A stretch of 64,000 bases of DNA from NCBI GenBank assembly GCA_947084965.1, contig CAMTUG010000001.1, positions 409,301 through 473,300 of the forward strand, in the 5' to 3' direction. The position numbers and the translations under genes were made by a program. Source of the DNA: an uncultured Parcubacteria group bacterium (GTDB lineage Bacteria > Patescibacteriota > Patescibacteriia > UBA9934 > CAMTUG01). The notes under the pieces were generated by a model. That model worked only from the letters and a program-made list of their open reading frames with translations, had not been told where the DNA came from and did not search any database. Below are positions 37,026 through 48,365 of this stretch, one piece after another. Numbering within the stretch: the stretch's first letter is position 1; each line of letters opens with the position of its first letter.

Positions 37026-38075
37026 CTAAGATCCATGGCCTGTAGCAGAAGGAAGTTGAACTTCGTTTAGTAACGTTTCATCATCCAGCAAAACACCTGC
37101 GCCACGAACAACGGCTGTCAGTGGGTCTTCGATAATTCTGACAGGGATCGCCGTTTCCTTGGCGATGACTTCATCGAGTCCACGCAACAAGGCCCCACCG
37201 CCAACAAGCGCGATCCCCCGCTCATAAATGTCGGCAACCAGCTCCGGAGGGGTGACTTCAAGCGTTGCTTTTATGTTATCAACAATAACCCGGATGGAAC
37301 GATAGATCGCTTCGCGAATCTGTCCGTCATTGACGATAATCTGTTTCGGTAATCCAGAAATCAGATCGCGGCCACGCATCTCTGTTTGCAGAACTTCTTT
37401 TTGTGGAGCGGCAGATCCAATAGCAATCTTGACCTCTTCAGCCACACGTTCCCCGAGCAATAAATTAAAGGTATCACGGGCGTATTGCACGATATTTTTG
37501 TTCAGTTCGTCCCCGGCTATAGCCAAGGCCTTCCAGGTCACGACCCCAGAGAGGGAGAGCACAGCGATCTCGGTCGTGCCACCGCCGATGTCTACGATCA
37601 TATGACCGACGGATTCCGTGATCGGAATGCGGCCGCCGAGAGCGGCGAGGATCGGCTCTTCTACCAAATACACTTTGCGCGCTCCCGCAGAAAGCACTGC
37701 GTCTTCCACCGCCTTGCGCTCCACTTCCGTAATCTCAAGCGGCACGCCGATCACGACGCGCGGACGCGGAACGATCGTGAACGTTTCTTCATGCACCTTA
37801 TCGATGAAATACTTGAGCATCTTTTCGGTCACCTCGAAATCTGAAATGACCCCTTTTTGTAACGGCTTGACCGTGATGATGTGCGGTGGCGTTTTGCCAA
37901 GCATGTCCTTGGCATCATGCCCAACCGCCAAAATTTGATCGGTACGTGTGTTGATCGCAACAATAGAGGGCTCGTTAATAACGATCCCCTTTTCTTTGAC
38001 ATAGACCAAGGTGTTGGCCGTTCCAAGGTCAATCCCGATATCCTTTGAGAACTGACCAAAAAATTTGTTCAACAT
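37026..38075 (-). CDS. mreB: Rod shape-determining protein MreB
   Basis: IGIDLGTANTLV, INEPS, DIGGGTTE, GGGALL. Confidence 0.97.
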   Translation of the reverse strand: MLNKFFGQFSKDIGIDLGTANTLVYVKEKGIVINEPSIVAINTRTDQILAVGHDAKDMLGKTPPHIITVKPLQKGVISDFEVTEKMLKYFIDKVHEETFTIVPRPRVVIGVPLEITEVERKAVEDAVLSAGARKVYLVEEPILAALGGRIPITESVGHMIVDIGGGTTEIAVLSLSGVVTWKALAIAGDELNKNIVQYARDTFNLLLGERVAEEVKIAIGSAAPQKEVLQTEMRGRDLISGLPKQIIVNDGQIREAIYRSIRVIVDNIKATLEVTPPELVADIYERGIALVGGGALLRGLDEVIAKETAIPVRIIEDPLTAVVRGAGVLLDDETLLNEVQLPSATGHGS

Positions 38076-38101
38076 ATCAACCGCCCTCCATTAAGGACTC
38101 T

Positions 38102-38129
38102 ATTGTACCACTTAGTCCCTCCTAGGCAA
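38102..38129 (-). promoter_or_regulatory. Putative mreB promoter
   Basis: Minus strand TTGCCT-N16-TACAAT with TG extension. Confidence 0.5.
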
Positions 38130-38134
38130 GGCGG

Positions 38135-38258
38135 CCGAGACCTCTAAAATTGATGAGATGTCGGTGCACGGGGTGACGTCGAACGAGACGTACAACTGGT
38201 ACGTTGAGGAGACGTTGGGGCCCCGTAAACCGACAGATCGCAATTTTAGAGGTCTCGG
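38135..38258. repeat. 124-bp element closed by perfect 18-bp inverted repeats, folds as a long rod
   Basis: CCGAGACCTCTAAAATTG (38135-38152) / CAATTTTAGAGGTCTCGG (38241-38258); inner stems TGTCGGT/ACCGACA, ACGGGG/CCCCGT, GACGTC/GACGTT, ACGTAC/GTACGT. Confidence 0.8.
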
Positions 38259-38632
38259 GGTCGGGAGGTTTGAACAAAGGCCTCCAGAAAGGCAAAAAAG
38301 AGGATCACGAGCCCGATCGACCACCAACGCAGATAGCCAAAGACCGCCATGGTCAAAGCGGCGAGAATAATGAGGGAAAAAAAGAGTGCTTGGCGAAAAG
38401 CGCGATGGACTTCGCGCGACACAAGCTCACTCTTATGGATAACCAGCACACGAAGGACCGTTCCGATCATGGTCAGAAGACCGACGAGCGCAACAAATAA
38501 GGTTGCAAAAAAGGCGGCTTTTGGAACAACCCCCGAGCTCGTCGGATCAATCAAGAATAAAACAACGAGCCAAGCACTGATGGCGGCGAGCGTTCCGATG
38601 CTCATGAAAAGTAAGTACTGTTTAAAGCTCAT
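38246..38632 (-). CDS. Hypothetical 4-TM membrane protein
   Basis: Hydrophobic ORF translationally coupled to its neighbour; IDP and AFRQA motifs. Confidence 0.7.
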   Translation of the reverse strand: MSFKQYLLFMSIGTLAAISAWLVVLFLIDPTSSGVVPKAAFFATLFVALVGLLTMIGTVLRVLVIHKSELVSREVHRAFRQALFFSLIILAALTMAVFGYLRWWSIGLVILFFAFLEAFVQTSRPRDL

Positions 38633-38936
38633 ACTCCTCCATCGAACGAATCTGAACCAGGATTGTTTTCACGTCCGCGCGCGGATCCATCGTGATAATC
38701 GCTTCACGGATACCTGGCTCGAGTAACGTTACCTCGTGTGCAGCAACACTATTCTTACAAGCAATTCTCAACAACCCCTGATGAAACGAGACAACGCGTA
38801 CCATCCCCTGCATCTCTTTTACCAGGGCTGCCTGCAAAAACTGTCGTGCGGTCATCACCGCCGAACTGGCCGAAATCTGTCGCGTGAGTCCGGCGCGACC
38901 GATCGCTTTCTGCAGCATCGATTTAAGTTCGAGCAT
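38622..38936 (-). CDS. DciA/DUF721-family protein (helicase loader-like)
   Basis: 104 aa; RVVSFHQGLLRIAC.NSVAAHE resembles the DUF721 pattern. Confidence 0.6.
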   Translation of the reverse strand: MLELKSMLQKAIGRAGLTRQISASSAVMTARQFLQAALVKEMQGMVRVVSFHQGLLRIACKNSVAAHEVTLLEPGIREAIITMDPRADVKTILVQIRSMEEYEL

Positions 38937-38937
38937 A

Positions 38938-41901
38938 TTAGAGTTGGCGGAATTCGCAAATCTCTTTAAAGTCGCACCAGTTGCACATGAATCCCGGGGT
39001 TGGTTTGAAGTCCGAGGTGCGGATCGCCTGGGCCGTTTCAACGATGTCCTCGGCGAGCGCCGCTAACTCCTCTTCCGTTGCTAAGAACGAAACACGGGCG
39101 TTATTTTCAAGATAGTGATACGTCAATTTCACTGGCTTAAGCGGCGGGTTGAAGCACTGGACAGCAGCGATCTGATAGAGCATCAACTGACGCTTATCAT
39201 CAGAAGAGAGCTCTTCTTTTGGCGTCCCTGTCTTGTAATCAATGATCTCTACCCCGCCCTCAATCGTATCAACGCGGTCAATTCTACCACGAACGACGAC
39301 GTCCCCAAACTTGACTGTGAACCCCTTTTCGAGAAAAAGTGGCGACGGGCGATCTGCCTTGATCTGACCGTAATAGTCCATCAACGCCTTACGCCCTTTG
39401 GCTCGATAGTTCTCGCGAGCAACGTCGTTTTCATACCACTCATCGATCCAGGATGCGTCGTAGAGATCAGAGAGCTCTTCAATCGTCACCGGGATCGCGT
39501 CTCTGTTTTCCTCTTTCCTCTTTCCTCTTCCCTCGAACAGCGAAACTTGCTTGACACTCGTCCGCTCAATCCACAATTCGAAAAACTTCTGCAAGGTGTT
39601 GTGCATTGTTTTTCCGAATGATAACGAGTGCCGACCAAACACCGGCACGTGCAAGATGTGGGCAAACTTATACTGCAATGGACAGGTGGTGAACGCGGCG
39701 ATCTGCGTGAAGCTAAAGGACTTCGGAGGCAGGATGTGGGCGTTGGTGAGGTCGTAGCGATGCGGTGGAGCTACGCTCTCAATACTATTCATTGTTACGG
39801 GGCTTAACAGACTTTCGCTTGCAGCGACGTCTGTCACTCCGTAGCCAAGTTCAACAAGAAACCGCGAAAGTTTTTTCTTGCGCGCCCCGCCGTAATCTTC
39901 GGCTGAAGTGAGATAAACGGCATCCTTCGCGCGCGTCAAAGCGACGTACATCAACCGCCGTTCTTCTTCGAGGTGCACGTCCCCTTCCGGGATCTTCTCT
40001 TTAATCAAGGCGTCTGAGAGCGGAATGGCGTCGTGCTTTTCGCTCGTCGGAAATCGACGATCCACCATGCTCACGATAAACACATGACCGAACTCGAGGC
40101 CTTTTGATCCGTGAACGGTCATGATCTTCACTGTCTCTGGCCCTTCTTCGGGATCCATCTTCAACGCCCCTTCGTCACCAGACGATTGTTCGTGTTCCAG
40201 CTCTTCCAGGAACCGATGCAGCGTCGTATCCGCCGTGATCGATTCAAAGGACTTCATCCGTTCGTAAAACTGCTGAAGCAGACGAAACTCCTCTTGCTGA
40301 ATGCGTTCCGGACTCATCTTTACAAACCCGAGTAATCCAGATTCTTTTATCACATCCACAAACAACTCGCTCACCGGCTTGCGCTTAGCCGCATCGCGCC
40401 AGCGGGCAACAAGCGTCAACAAATGCGCCGACTGCTCAACGGTTTCGCGATCAACACCACGGATGGCGGTCGGATGTTCAAGAATCTGATTCAACGCCTT
40501 CCCTGCCCGATACGATTCATGGGTGATCTTCACTAACTCCTCTGGCTTCACCCCCAGCGTTTCATGCGACAAAATGCGATACCAACTTTGCGAGTGGAAC
40601 GGATGATCGATCACACGCAGCAGAGCGAGTGCGTCTAAGATTAACGGCTTGCGATACAAGCCACGCAACGCCATAAACTGATACGGCACAGCTTGGCGCT
40701 CCAGATGCCGGATGAACGGTTCGGCTGTATCGTTGGCACGGACCAAAATGGCGATTTCAGACAAGGCGACGCCTCCTTTATGGAGCGCCAAGATTCGATC
40801 AACAACGGCTTTGGCTTCATCCTCAAGCGCGTGGCAGTGAATGTGCTCGATCGTTCCTGTCGCCTCGCGCCCAGAGGTCAGTCGCTTGGAAAGTCCTTCG
40901 CCGAGCTGAGCCTCAAGGCGATTGGGGTTATTCTGTTTAATAAACTCATACGCACAATCCAAAATCGCCTGGCCGCTACGATAGTTTTCTGTGAGGATCA
41001 CTTTCTTGGAGTTTGGGTAGTCAGAATCAAACTGCAAAATATTTGACAGCGCCGCGCCACGGAACTTGTAGACAGACTGATCATCATCCCCAACGACCGT
41101 CAGATTATTCTTCGGCGCACTGAGCATCTTCACTAATTCATACTGCGCCCAGTTGGTATCCTGAAACTCATCAACCAACACATATTTGAACTGCCCCTGG
41201 TATTCGGCCAGAATCTTCGGTCGCGTTTTAAACAGCTTTAACGTGTAGGCGATGAGATCTCCAAAATCAAGCGCGCTGTTTTCGAGTAACATCTGCTGAT
41301 AGACGTGGTAGGCATTGGCGATCTCCTCAAGCCGCGAAAGCTCCGTGGCATCAATTCCCCCGGCTTGGGTCGAGTCCTTGTCTGCTTTTCGTCCTTCAAC
41401 GTAGGCGAGATATTCGTCCGGCGTGATGTTTTCGTCCTTGGCGCGTGAGAAATGCTGCAAGAGCGCATGAATAAACTTTGTCGGATTTCCTGCTGGGCGA
41501 TAATAATCCAAGTTGAAACGATCGAAGTTCTGGCGGACGAGGAGCCAAGCGTCGGTCTGATTCAGTAATTTGAAATCATTCGGCACACCGATATCAAGAG
41601 CGTGCGCTTTTAAAATGCGTTCGCAAAAGGAGTGAAAGGTCGAAATCCAAAGGTCCACATACCCGATTGGCAGCAAACGATCGACACGTTCTTCCATTTC
41701 CGCCGCCGCCTTTTCGGTAAAGGTGAGGGCGAGGATCTCATCGGGCTTTGCTTTCCCCTGCTCAATCAAATAAGCGATACGATGGGTAATGACCGTTGTT
41801 TTGCCCGTCCCAGCCCCAGCAATAATCATCAGCGGGCCCTGGTCGTGCATGACCGCCTCAAGCTGGGCCTTATTCAGTTTTTCAAGGAGGTTGTCTTGCA
41901 T
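38938..41901 (-). CDS. UvrD/PcrA-family helicase fused to a PD-(D/E)xK nuclease with Fe-S-type cysteines
   Basis: AGAGTGKT, VDEFQDTN, VGDDDQS, MTVHGSKGLEF, EERRLMYVALTRAK; C-terminal CPLQY, GRIDRVD, IIDYKTG, QLMLY, CNWCDFKEIC. Confidence 0.92.
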   Translation of the reverse strand: MQDNLLEKLNKAQLEAVMHDQGPLMIIAGAGTGKTTVITHRIAYLIEQGKAKPDEILALTFTEKAAAEMEERVDRLLPIGYVDLWISTFHSFCERILKAHALDIGVPNDFKLLNQTDAWLLVRQNFDRFNLDYYRPAGNPTKFIHALLQHFSRAKDENITPDEYLAYVEGRKADKDSTQAGGIDATELSRLEEIANAYHVYQQMLLENSALDFGDLIAYTLKLFKTRPKILAEYQGQFKYVLVDEFQDTNWAQYELVKMLSAPKNNLTVVGDDDQSVYKFRGAALSNILQFDSDYPNSKKVILTENYRSGQAILDCAYEFIKQNNPNRLEAQLGEGLSKRLTSGREATGTIEHIHCHALEDEAKAVVDRILALHKGGVALSEIAILVRANDTAEPFIRHLERQAVPYQFMALRGLYRKPLILDALALLRVIDHPFHSQSWYRILSHETLGVKPEELVKITHESYRAGKALNQILEHPTAIRGVDRETVEQSAHLLTLVARWRDAAKRKPVSELFVDVIKESGLLGFVKMSPERIQQEEFRLLQQFYERMKSFESITADTTLHRFLEELEHEQSSGDEGALKMDPEEGPETVKIMTVHGSKGLEFGHVFIVSMVDRRFPTSEKHDAIPLSDALIKEKIPEGDVHLEEERRLMYVALTRAKDAVYLTSAEDYGGARKKKLSRFLVELGYGVTDVAASESLLSPVTMNSIESVAPPHRYDLTNAHILPPKSFSFTQIAAFTTCPLQYKFAHILHVPVFGRHSLSFGKTMHNTLQKFFELWIERTSVKQVSLFEGRGKRKEENRDAIPVTIEELSDLYDASWIDEWYENDVARENYRAKGRKALMDYYGQIKADRPSPLFLEKGFTVKFGDVVVRGRIDRVDTIEGGVEIIDYKTGTPKEELSSDDKRQLMLYQIAAVQCFNPPLKPVKLTYHYLENNARVSFLATEEELAALAEDIVETAQAIRTSDFKPTPGFMCNWCDFKEICEFRQL
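39498..39534. repeat. Intragenic heptamer run with GAGAC core inside the helicase-nuclease gene
   Basis: Minus strand GAGGGAA GAGGAAA GAGGAAA GAGGAAA ACAGAGACG, encoding EGRGKRKEENRD. Confidence 0.7.
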
Positions 41902-41947
41902 AGATCTTCTGTATGGTATACGATTTCGGGCCACCCGTGGAGGCCCC

Positions 41948-42592
41948 ATGAGCTACAGCACCTTGTTGAGCGGAACGCACCGGCTCCTCGATGCCCTGCA
42001 GGCGCACGACCCCGCGACGCGAGAGCACAGCGAGCGAACGGGTGTCCTCGCCGCGGCCCTGGCAGCCGAGCTCAGACTCTCCCTGCGCGACCAGGCGATC
42101 CTGCGCCTCGGCGGAGCCTTGCACGATGTCGGCAAGCGCTCTGTTCCACGGGAGATCCTGACTGGCGACATGCGCTTCGTTCGCACCGATCCCCTGTTCA
42201 TCGAGCACATCATCCCCCACCCGACCGCCGGGGCGTACCTGTGCAGCCTCGAACGGATCGATGATGAAGTGATTCAAGTGATCGTCGAGCACCATGAACG
42301 ACTGGACGGTCTCGGCTACCCCTTCCGGATGAAGGCAGGTCAGATCAACTGGCGGTCGATGTTCGTCTCGATCGCCGACATGTTCGACGCCATGACCGAC
42401 ACAACCCGCATCTACCGACGGCCGAAGACCGGCGATGAAGCGATCACTGTCCTGCGGGATGCCGTCGGCAACGGCGAGATCCCCGAGCATCCCGTGCGCG
42501 CCCTTCTCGCCATTCACGAACGCGGCGAAATCGCTATCCTCCACGAACGCGCCGAGCCGCTCGAAGAGATCATTCGGTACCTCTCCACCTAA
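41948..42592 (+). CDS. Stand-alone HD-GYP domain protein, GC-rich gene B
   Basis: HDPATREHSER, LHDVGK, HHERLDGLGYP, ADMFDAMT...R.YR; GGAGG SD; candidate promoter TTGCAT-N17-TACGAT (41896-41924). Confidence 0.88.
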   Translation: MSYSTLLSGTHRLLDALQAHDPATREHSERTGVLAAALAAELRLSLRDQAILRLGGALHDVGKRSVPREILTGDMRFVRTDPLFIEHIIPHPTAGAYLCSLERIDDEVIQVIVEHHERLDGLGYPFRMKAGQINWRSMFVSIADMFDAMTDTTRIYRRPKTGDEAITVLRDAVGNGEIPEHPVRALLAIHERGEIAILHERAEPLEEIIRYLST

Positions 42593-42608
42593 ACACCTCT
42601 CAAGACAA

Positions 42609-42646
42609 GCGCCGCCGGGGGAACTCCCCGAGCGGCGTCGTCATTT
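42609..42646 (+). terminator. 3' hairpin of GC-rich gene B
   Basis: GCGCCGC-CGGGG-GAACT-CCCCG-A-GCGGCGT then CGTCATTT. Confidence 0.6.
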
Positions 42647-43099
42647 CTAGATTTCACGATCGGGCTGAGCCGTCGTTGTTCGACCTCGTGCCCGCTTGCT
42701 AGCCACTTTAAACCGAGCCAGTTCACGCTCCATCGCTGCTGCGGCATGAGCAAAGGCCTCGGCATCCTCGTGACGCTTTTCCGTGAGGATGACCCGTGCC
42801 CGTTCACGCGCCTCTTCGATCGTTTTCAGATCAAGTTCTTCGGCACGCTCCGCCGTATCTGCCAAAATCACCACTTCGTTCCCTGGGCGCACTTCGACGA
42901 ACCCGGTCGAAACGGCTAACAACGTCTCTTCTTTCCCTGTGCGAGTCAGCACTTCACCAGCGCGCAACGTCGAAACGAGCGGGATATGATCTTTCATGAT
43001 CGTGATCTCGCCCGCGGTGGTTGGCAACGTCACTGAATCAACGGTGTCTTCGTAGACCACGCGCTCAGGAGTGACAATTTTGAGATTGATTTTTGGCAT
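42647..43099 (-). CDS. atpC: ATP synthase F1 epsilon
   Basis: IVTPER, GEITI..DHIPL, GFVEV, ILADTAE. Confidence 0.96.
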   Translation of the reverse strand: MPKINLKIVTPERVVYEDTVDSVTLPTTAGEITIMKDHIPLVSTLRAGEVLTRTGKEETLLAVSTGFVEVRPGNEVVILADTAERAEELDLKTIEEARERARVILTEKRHEDAEAFAHAAAAMERELARFKVASKRARGRTTTAQPDREI

Positions 43100-43104
43100 A
43101 GGAA

Positions 43105-44541
<1,437 letters not shown>

Positions 44542-44543
44542 TT

Positions 44544-44660
44544 AAATCCGAAAACCGAAATTCGAAATTCGAAACAAATTCGAATCAGAAAAGATTACTA
44601 TATTTTCTCCTTTCCCTATTTCCGTTTGTTTCGAATTTCGATTTTCGAATTTCGTATTTT
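44544..44660. repeat. Long palindrome built from (TTCGAAA)n heptamers (atpG-atpD junction)
   Basis: AAATCCG AAAACCG AAATTCG AAATTCG AAACAAA ... TTTGTTT CGAATTT CGATTTT CGAATTT CGTATTT. Confidence 0.85.
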
Positions 44661-44665
44661 TCATA

Positions 44666-45562
44666 TTACTCAAGTGCCGCTTTACCCGCGCTAATCTCCG
44701 CAATTTCGCGGGTGATGCCGGCTTGGCGAATCTGGTTAAAGGTGAAGGTCAAGTTATCGATCATCTCTCCGGCCGCGTCGCTCGCGCTTCTCATCGCCAT
44801 CATGCGGGCGCTGTGTTCCGATGCAGCAGATTCGAGGAGCGCTTGCCAGACCATCGTTTCGACGATCCGCGGCAGGATCGCGTCGAGGACTTCTTTCGGC
44901 GAAGGTTCGAATCTGTACTCCGCTTGCTTCTCCTCTTTCCTTGTTCCTCTTTCCTCTTCACCTATCTCACCGATCTCTTCATCCGGCTTCAGCGGCAGGA
45001 GGTCGATCACTCTCGGGGTCTGGGTGATCGCACTCCGGAAGTCCGTGTAAGCGATCGCCACCTTGTCGTACTTCCCTTCTGCATAATCCTGCAACACGAG
45101 CTTGCTGATCGGGAGAGTATCTGTAAACTTCGGAGTATTGGTTAGGTCTGTGAATGAAGCGATGATGTTCTTTTGAATTCTACGCATGGCGTCCGCCCCA
45201 CGGCGACCGACCGTAATCGTATCGACTTCCACCTCGTGATAAACCCCGAGCGCCTTGGTCGCCTCCTTAATCATGCGCACATTGAATCCGCCGCACAGGC
45301 CGCGATCAGAAGTGAAAAGGACAAACAAAACGCGTTTGACCTCCGTGCGCGGAGCAAGCAAGGGATGCGTCGCTGGATCCGTTACCTTGGCGATCGCCCG
45401 CACCGTTTCCCAAGCGAGCTGGGTGAACGGTCGCGTACCCACCACCGCCGCGGTCGCTTTGCGCATCTTCGAAGCAGCCACAAGCTCCATCGCTTTGGTG
45501 ATCTTCTTCGTATTCTTGACCGACTTGATGCGGCGTTTAATTGTGCGAGTATTTGCGGGCAT
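44666..45562 (-). CDS. atpG: ATP synthase F1 gamma
   Basis: KITKAMELVAASK, SDRGLCGGFN, SEHSARM.AM, RQAGITREIAEI. Confidence 0.97.
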   Translation of the reverse strand: MPANTRTIKRRIKSVKNTKKITKAMELVAASKMRKATAAVVGTRPFTQLAWETVRAIAKVTDPATHPLLAPRTEVKRVLFVLFTSDRGLCGGFNVRMIKEATKALGVYHEVEVDTITVGRRGADAMRRIQKNIIASFTDLTNTPKFTDTLPISKLVLQDYAEGKYDKVAIAYTDFRSAITQTPRVIDLLPLKPDEEIGEIGEEERGTRKEEKQAEYRFEPSPKEVLDAILPRIVETMVWQALLESAASEHSARMMAMRSASDAAGEMIDNLTFTFNQIRQAGITREIAEISAGKAALE

Positions 45563-45584
45563 AGCCGGAAATTCAGGGCTTCAT

Positions 45585-45610
45585 AGATCTGCCTCTCGAG
45601 AGGCAAATCT
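45585..45610. repeat. Palindrome AGATCTGCCTCTCGAGAGGCAAATCT (atpA-atpG junction)
   Basis: Near-perfect palindrome; related copy at 56173-56196. Confidence 0.75.
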
Positions 45611-45620
45611 TTCAGAGGCA

Positions 45621-47123
45621 TTATTTTTCGAAGGTCCCGTTAAACTCTTCAACGACCGCTTTCATCATCTCAACCGTCGCATCTTCCAACTTACCAGATT
45701 CCCTGATCGTCTTTAGAAGGTCCTCCTTCTGCGAACGAGCAAAGTGCAAGAACCCTGCTTCCCAGTCGCGAATCTTCTCAGGCGCAATGGCGTCGAGCAT
45801 GCCGTTCGTCACCGCCCAAATCACCACCACCTGTTCTTCGAACGGCATTGGTGAGTACTGGCCCTGCTTCAAAAGTTCGACGGTGCGGCGACCGCGTTCA
45901 ATCTGCTTGCGTGTTCCTTCATCCAAGTCCGTGGCGAACTGAGCAAACGCTTCCAGTTCGCGGAACTGCGCCAAGTCCAAGCGCATCTTTCCAGAAACTT
46001 TCTTCATCGCTTTGGTTTGAGCGGCCGAACCGACACGCGAAACAGACAACCCGACGTTCAACGCAGGACGAATGCCGCGATAGAAGAGATCGGTTTCAAG
46101 ATAAATCTGACCGTCGGTGATCGAAATCACGTTGGTTGGAATGTACGCCGAGACGTCGCCGGCTTGCGTTTCAATAATTGGCAATGCGGTGAGCGATCCC
46201 CCACCATGTTCCTTGCTCAAGCGAGCCGCGCGTTCCAAAAGACGCGAGTGCAGGTAGAAGACGTCCCCTGGGTACGCCTCACGGCCCGGAGGGCGGCGAA
46301 GCAAAAGTGAAACTTCTCGGTAAGCCCAGGCGTGCTTGGACAAGTCGTCGTAAATGACGAGCGCGTCTTCGCCCTTTTCCATAAAATATTCACCGATGGT
46401 GCAACCGACGTATGGCGCGATGTAGCTCATCGAAGCCGGGTCAGAAGCGCCAGCCACCACGATCGTGGTGTACTCCATCGCTCCCGCCTCTTCGAGTTTG
46501 GCAACGATTTTCGCCACTTTCGATTCTTTCTGTCCGATGGCGACGTAAATACACTTCACTCCCAACCCTTTTTGGTTGATGATCGTGTCGACAGCCACAG
46601 CGGTCTTCCCTGTTTGACGGTCTCCAATAATCAATTCACGTTGTCCACGGCCGATCGGAATCATGGCGTCGATCGCTTTGATCCCAGTTTGCATCGGGGT
46701 GTCGACTGGCTGGCGGGCCATGACGCCCGGAGCCACGCGCTCGACGTTCATGCGTGTCTTGCCTTTGATTGCCCCTTTGCCATCGATCGGCTGGCCGAGT
46801 CCATTCAAGACGCGACCGACGACATCGTCGCCAACTTCGATCGACAAAATCTGACCGGTCGATTTGACCGTGTCCCCTTCACGGATGGCGCTGGCATCCC
46901 CGAAAATAATGGCGCCGACCGTTTCCTCTTCTAAGTTCAAGACCACACCCATCACGCCGCCCGGGAATTCAAGCATTTCGGCAGACTGCGCTCTAGACAA
47001 CCCACTCAAACGAGCGATGCCGTCGCCGACCGAAATAACGGTGCCGACCGTTTCTTTTTGGGCGCCGCGTTCGAAGTCCGCAACGGACTTCTGGAGGGAT
47101 TCGATGATGTCGGATTTAGGCAT
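45621..47123 (-). CDS. atpA: ATP synthase F1 alpha
   Basis: [37 protein letters not shown]. Confidence 0.98.
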   Translation of the reverse strand: MPKSDIIESLQKSVADFERGAQKETVGTVISVGDGIARLSGLSRAQSAEMLEFPGGVMGVVLNLEEETVGAIIFGDASAIREGDTVKSTGQILSIEVGDDVVGRVLNGLGQPIDGKGAIKGKTRMNVERVAPGVMARQPVDTPMQTGIKAIDAMIPIGRGQRELIIGDRQTGKTAVAVDTIINQKGLGVKCIYVAIGQKESKVAKIVAKLEEAGAMEYTTIVVAGASDPASMSYIAPYVGCTIGEYFMEKGEDALVIYDDLSKHAWAYREVSLLLRRPPGREAYPGDVFYLHSRLLERAARLSKEHGGGSLTALPIIETQAGDVSAYIPTNVISITDGQIYLETDLFYRGIRPALNVGLSVSRVGSAAQTKAMKKVSGKMRLDLAQFRELEAFAQFATDLDEGTRKQIERGRRTVELLKQGQYSPMPFEEQVVVIWAVTNGMLDAIAPEKIRDWEAGFLHFARSQKEDLLKTIRESGKLEDATVEMMKAVVEEFNGTFEK

Positions 47124-47124
47124 A

Positions 47125-47508
47125 TTATTGTGTCATTTCGTTTTGCAATCGTTTGAGCTGTCCGGCGATCGATCCGTCGTACAAGGCGTCGTCGACTTGG
47201 AGGATCGCACCGCCCATCAGTTTGTCGTCCACACTGTGGGTGACGTCTGCGTTGGGGTAGGCATCGTGCACCTCGTCGAGAAACTTTTTGGTTGGATCAT
47301 GTGCTGTCGTTACATGGACGTTCGCTGATCCGTATTCGCGCCGCCACAAGTTATCGAACGCCCTGACGATCTCTCGCCAGCGCGTTAACTCATGCCTAGC
47401 GCCGAGCTTCTTCACAAAGGCATCGGTCGCCTTGCTCAAATCACGCCCAGATAAGTCCTTGGTGAGTTTGAACAAGACGCTGGCGTATTGTGCAGAAGTC
47501 ATCTTCAT
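47125..47508 (-). CDS. atpH: ATP synthase F1 delta (short)
   Basis: QYA..LF; [22 protein letters not shown]; position between atpF and atpA. Confidence 0.85.
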   Translation of the reverse strand: MKMTSAQYASVLFKLTKDLSGRDLSKATDAFVKKLGARHELTRWREIVRAFDNLWRREYGSANVHVTTAHDPTKKFLDEVHDAYPNADVTHSVDDKLMGGAILQVDDALYDGSIAGQLKRLQNEMTQ

Positions 47509-47511
47509 ACG

Positions 47512-48057
47512 TTAGGTCATTTTGCGCACGACCTCTTCAGCTAACGAATGCGACTTTTTTTCGTTGATCTCATCACCGATGATCTTTTTGGTCGCCGAAA
47601 GAGCGATCTCAATCAGATCCTTGCGTGCTTCACGGATCATTGCTTCACGCTCCGCAACAAGCTGTGTCTTCCCTTGCGAGATAACACGTTCCACTTCGCG
47701 CTTGGTCTTTTCGACCATTTCGACTTTGCGTTCTTCGGCCACGGCCATAGCGTCGTCGATCACTTTTTGCGCCTGTGCCTTGGCGTCACGAAGCATCTCT
47801 TCCTGCTCCGTTTCCACACGACTCATGCGCGCTTCGATCTCTTCAGCGCTCTTCACGCTCTGCGCGATCTTCTTTTCGCGCTCTTCGAGTAAACGCACGA
47901 TCGGCTTGTAGGCCCATTTCCAGAGCACCAAAAGGACGATCGTGAAGTTCACGAGCTGAGCGACGAAAATCTTTGCATTGATTCCCAAGGCGGCGATGCC
48001 ACCCGTGGCTTCAACAGCTTCGGCTGTTCCTTGAATTGCTTCTGCTTCCACGGACAT
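47512..48057 (-). CDS. atpF: ATP synthase F0 subunit b
   Basis: AQLVNFTIVLLVLWKWAYKPI..LLEERE then coiled coil. Confidence 0.95.
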   Translation of the reverse strand: MSVEAEAIQGTAEAVEATGGIAALGINAKIFVAQLVNFTIVLLVLWKWAYKPIVRLLEEREKKIAQSVKSAEEIEARMSRVETEQEEMLRDAKAQAQKVIDDAMAVAEERKVEMVEKTKREVERVISQGKTQLVAEREAMIREARKDLIEIALSATKKIIGDEINEKKSHSLAEEVVRKMT

Positions 48058-48068
48058 AGCCCGTTAGA

Positions 48069-48293
<225 letters not shown>

Positions 48294-48301
48294 TTAGATA
48301 T

Positions 48302-48365
48302 TAGTAAGTAGTAAGTGGTAATTGGAGACAGCTGTCTCTACTTACCGCTTACCAATTACCAATTT
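48302..48365. repeat. Heptamer-armed GAGAC/GTCTC palindrome (atpB-atpE junction)
   Basis: TAGTAAG TAGTAAG TGGTAAT TGGAGAC-AGCT-GTCTC TACTTAC CGCTTAC CAATTAC CAATTT. Confidence 0.85.

Noticed and set aside
38135-38258. SRP RNA or 6S RNA
   Set aside because: No apical GNRA loop with the SRP symmetric loop on either strand and no large central bubble typical of 6S; left unassigned pending an Rfam scan
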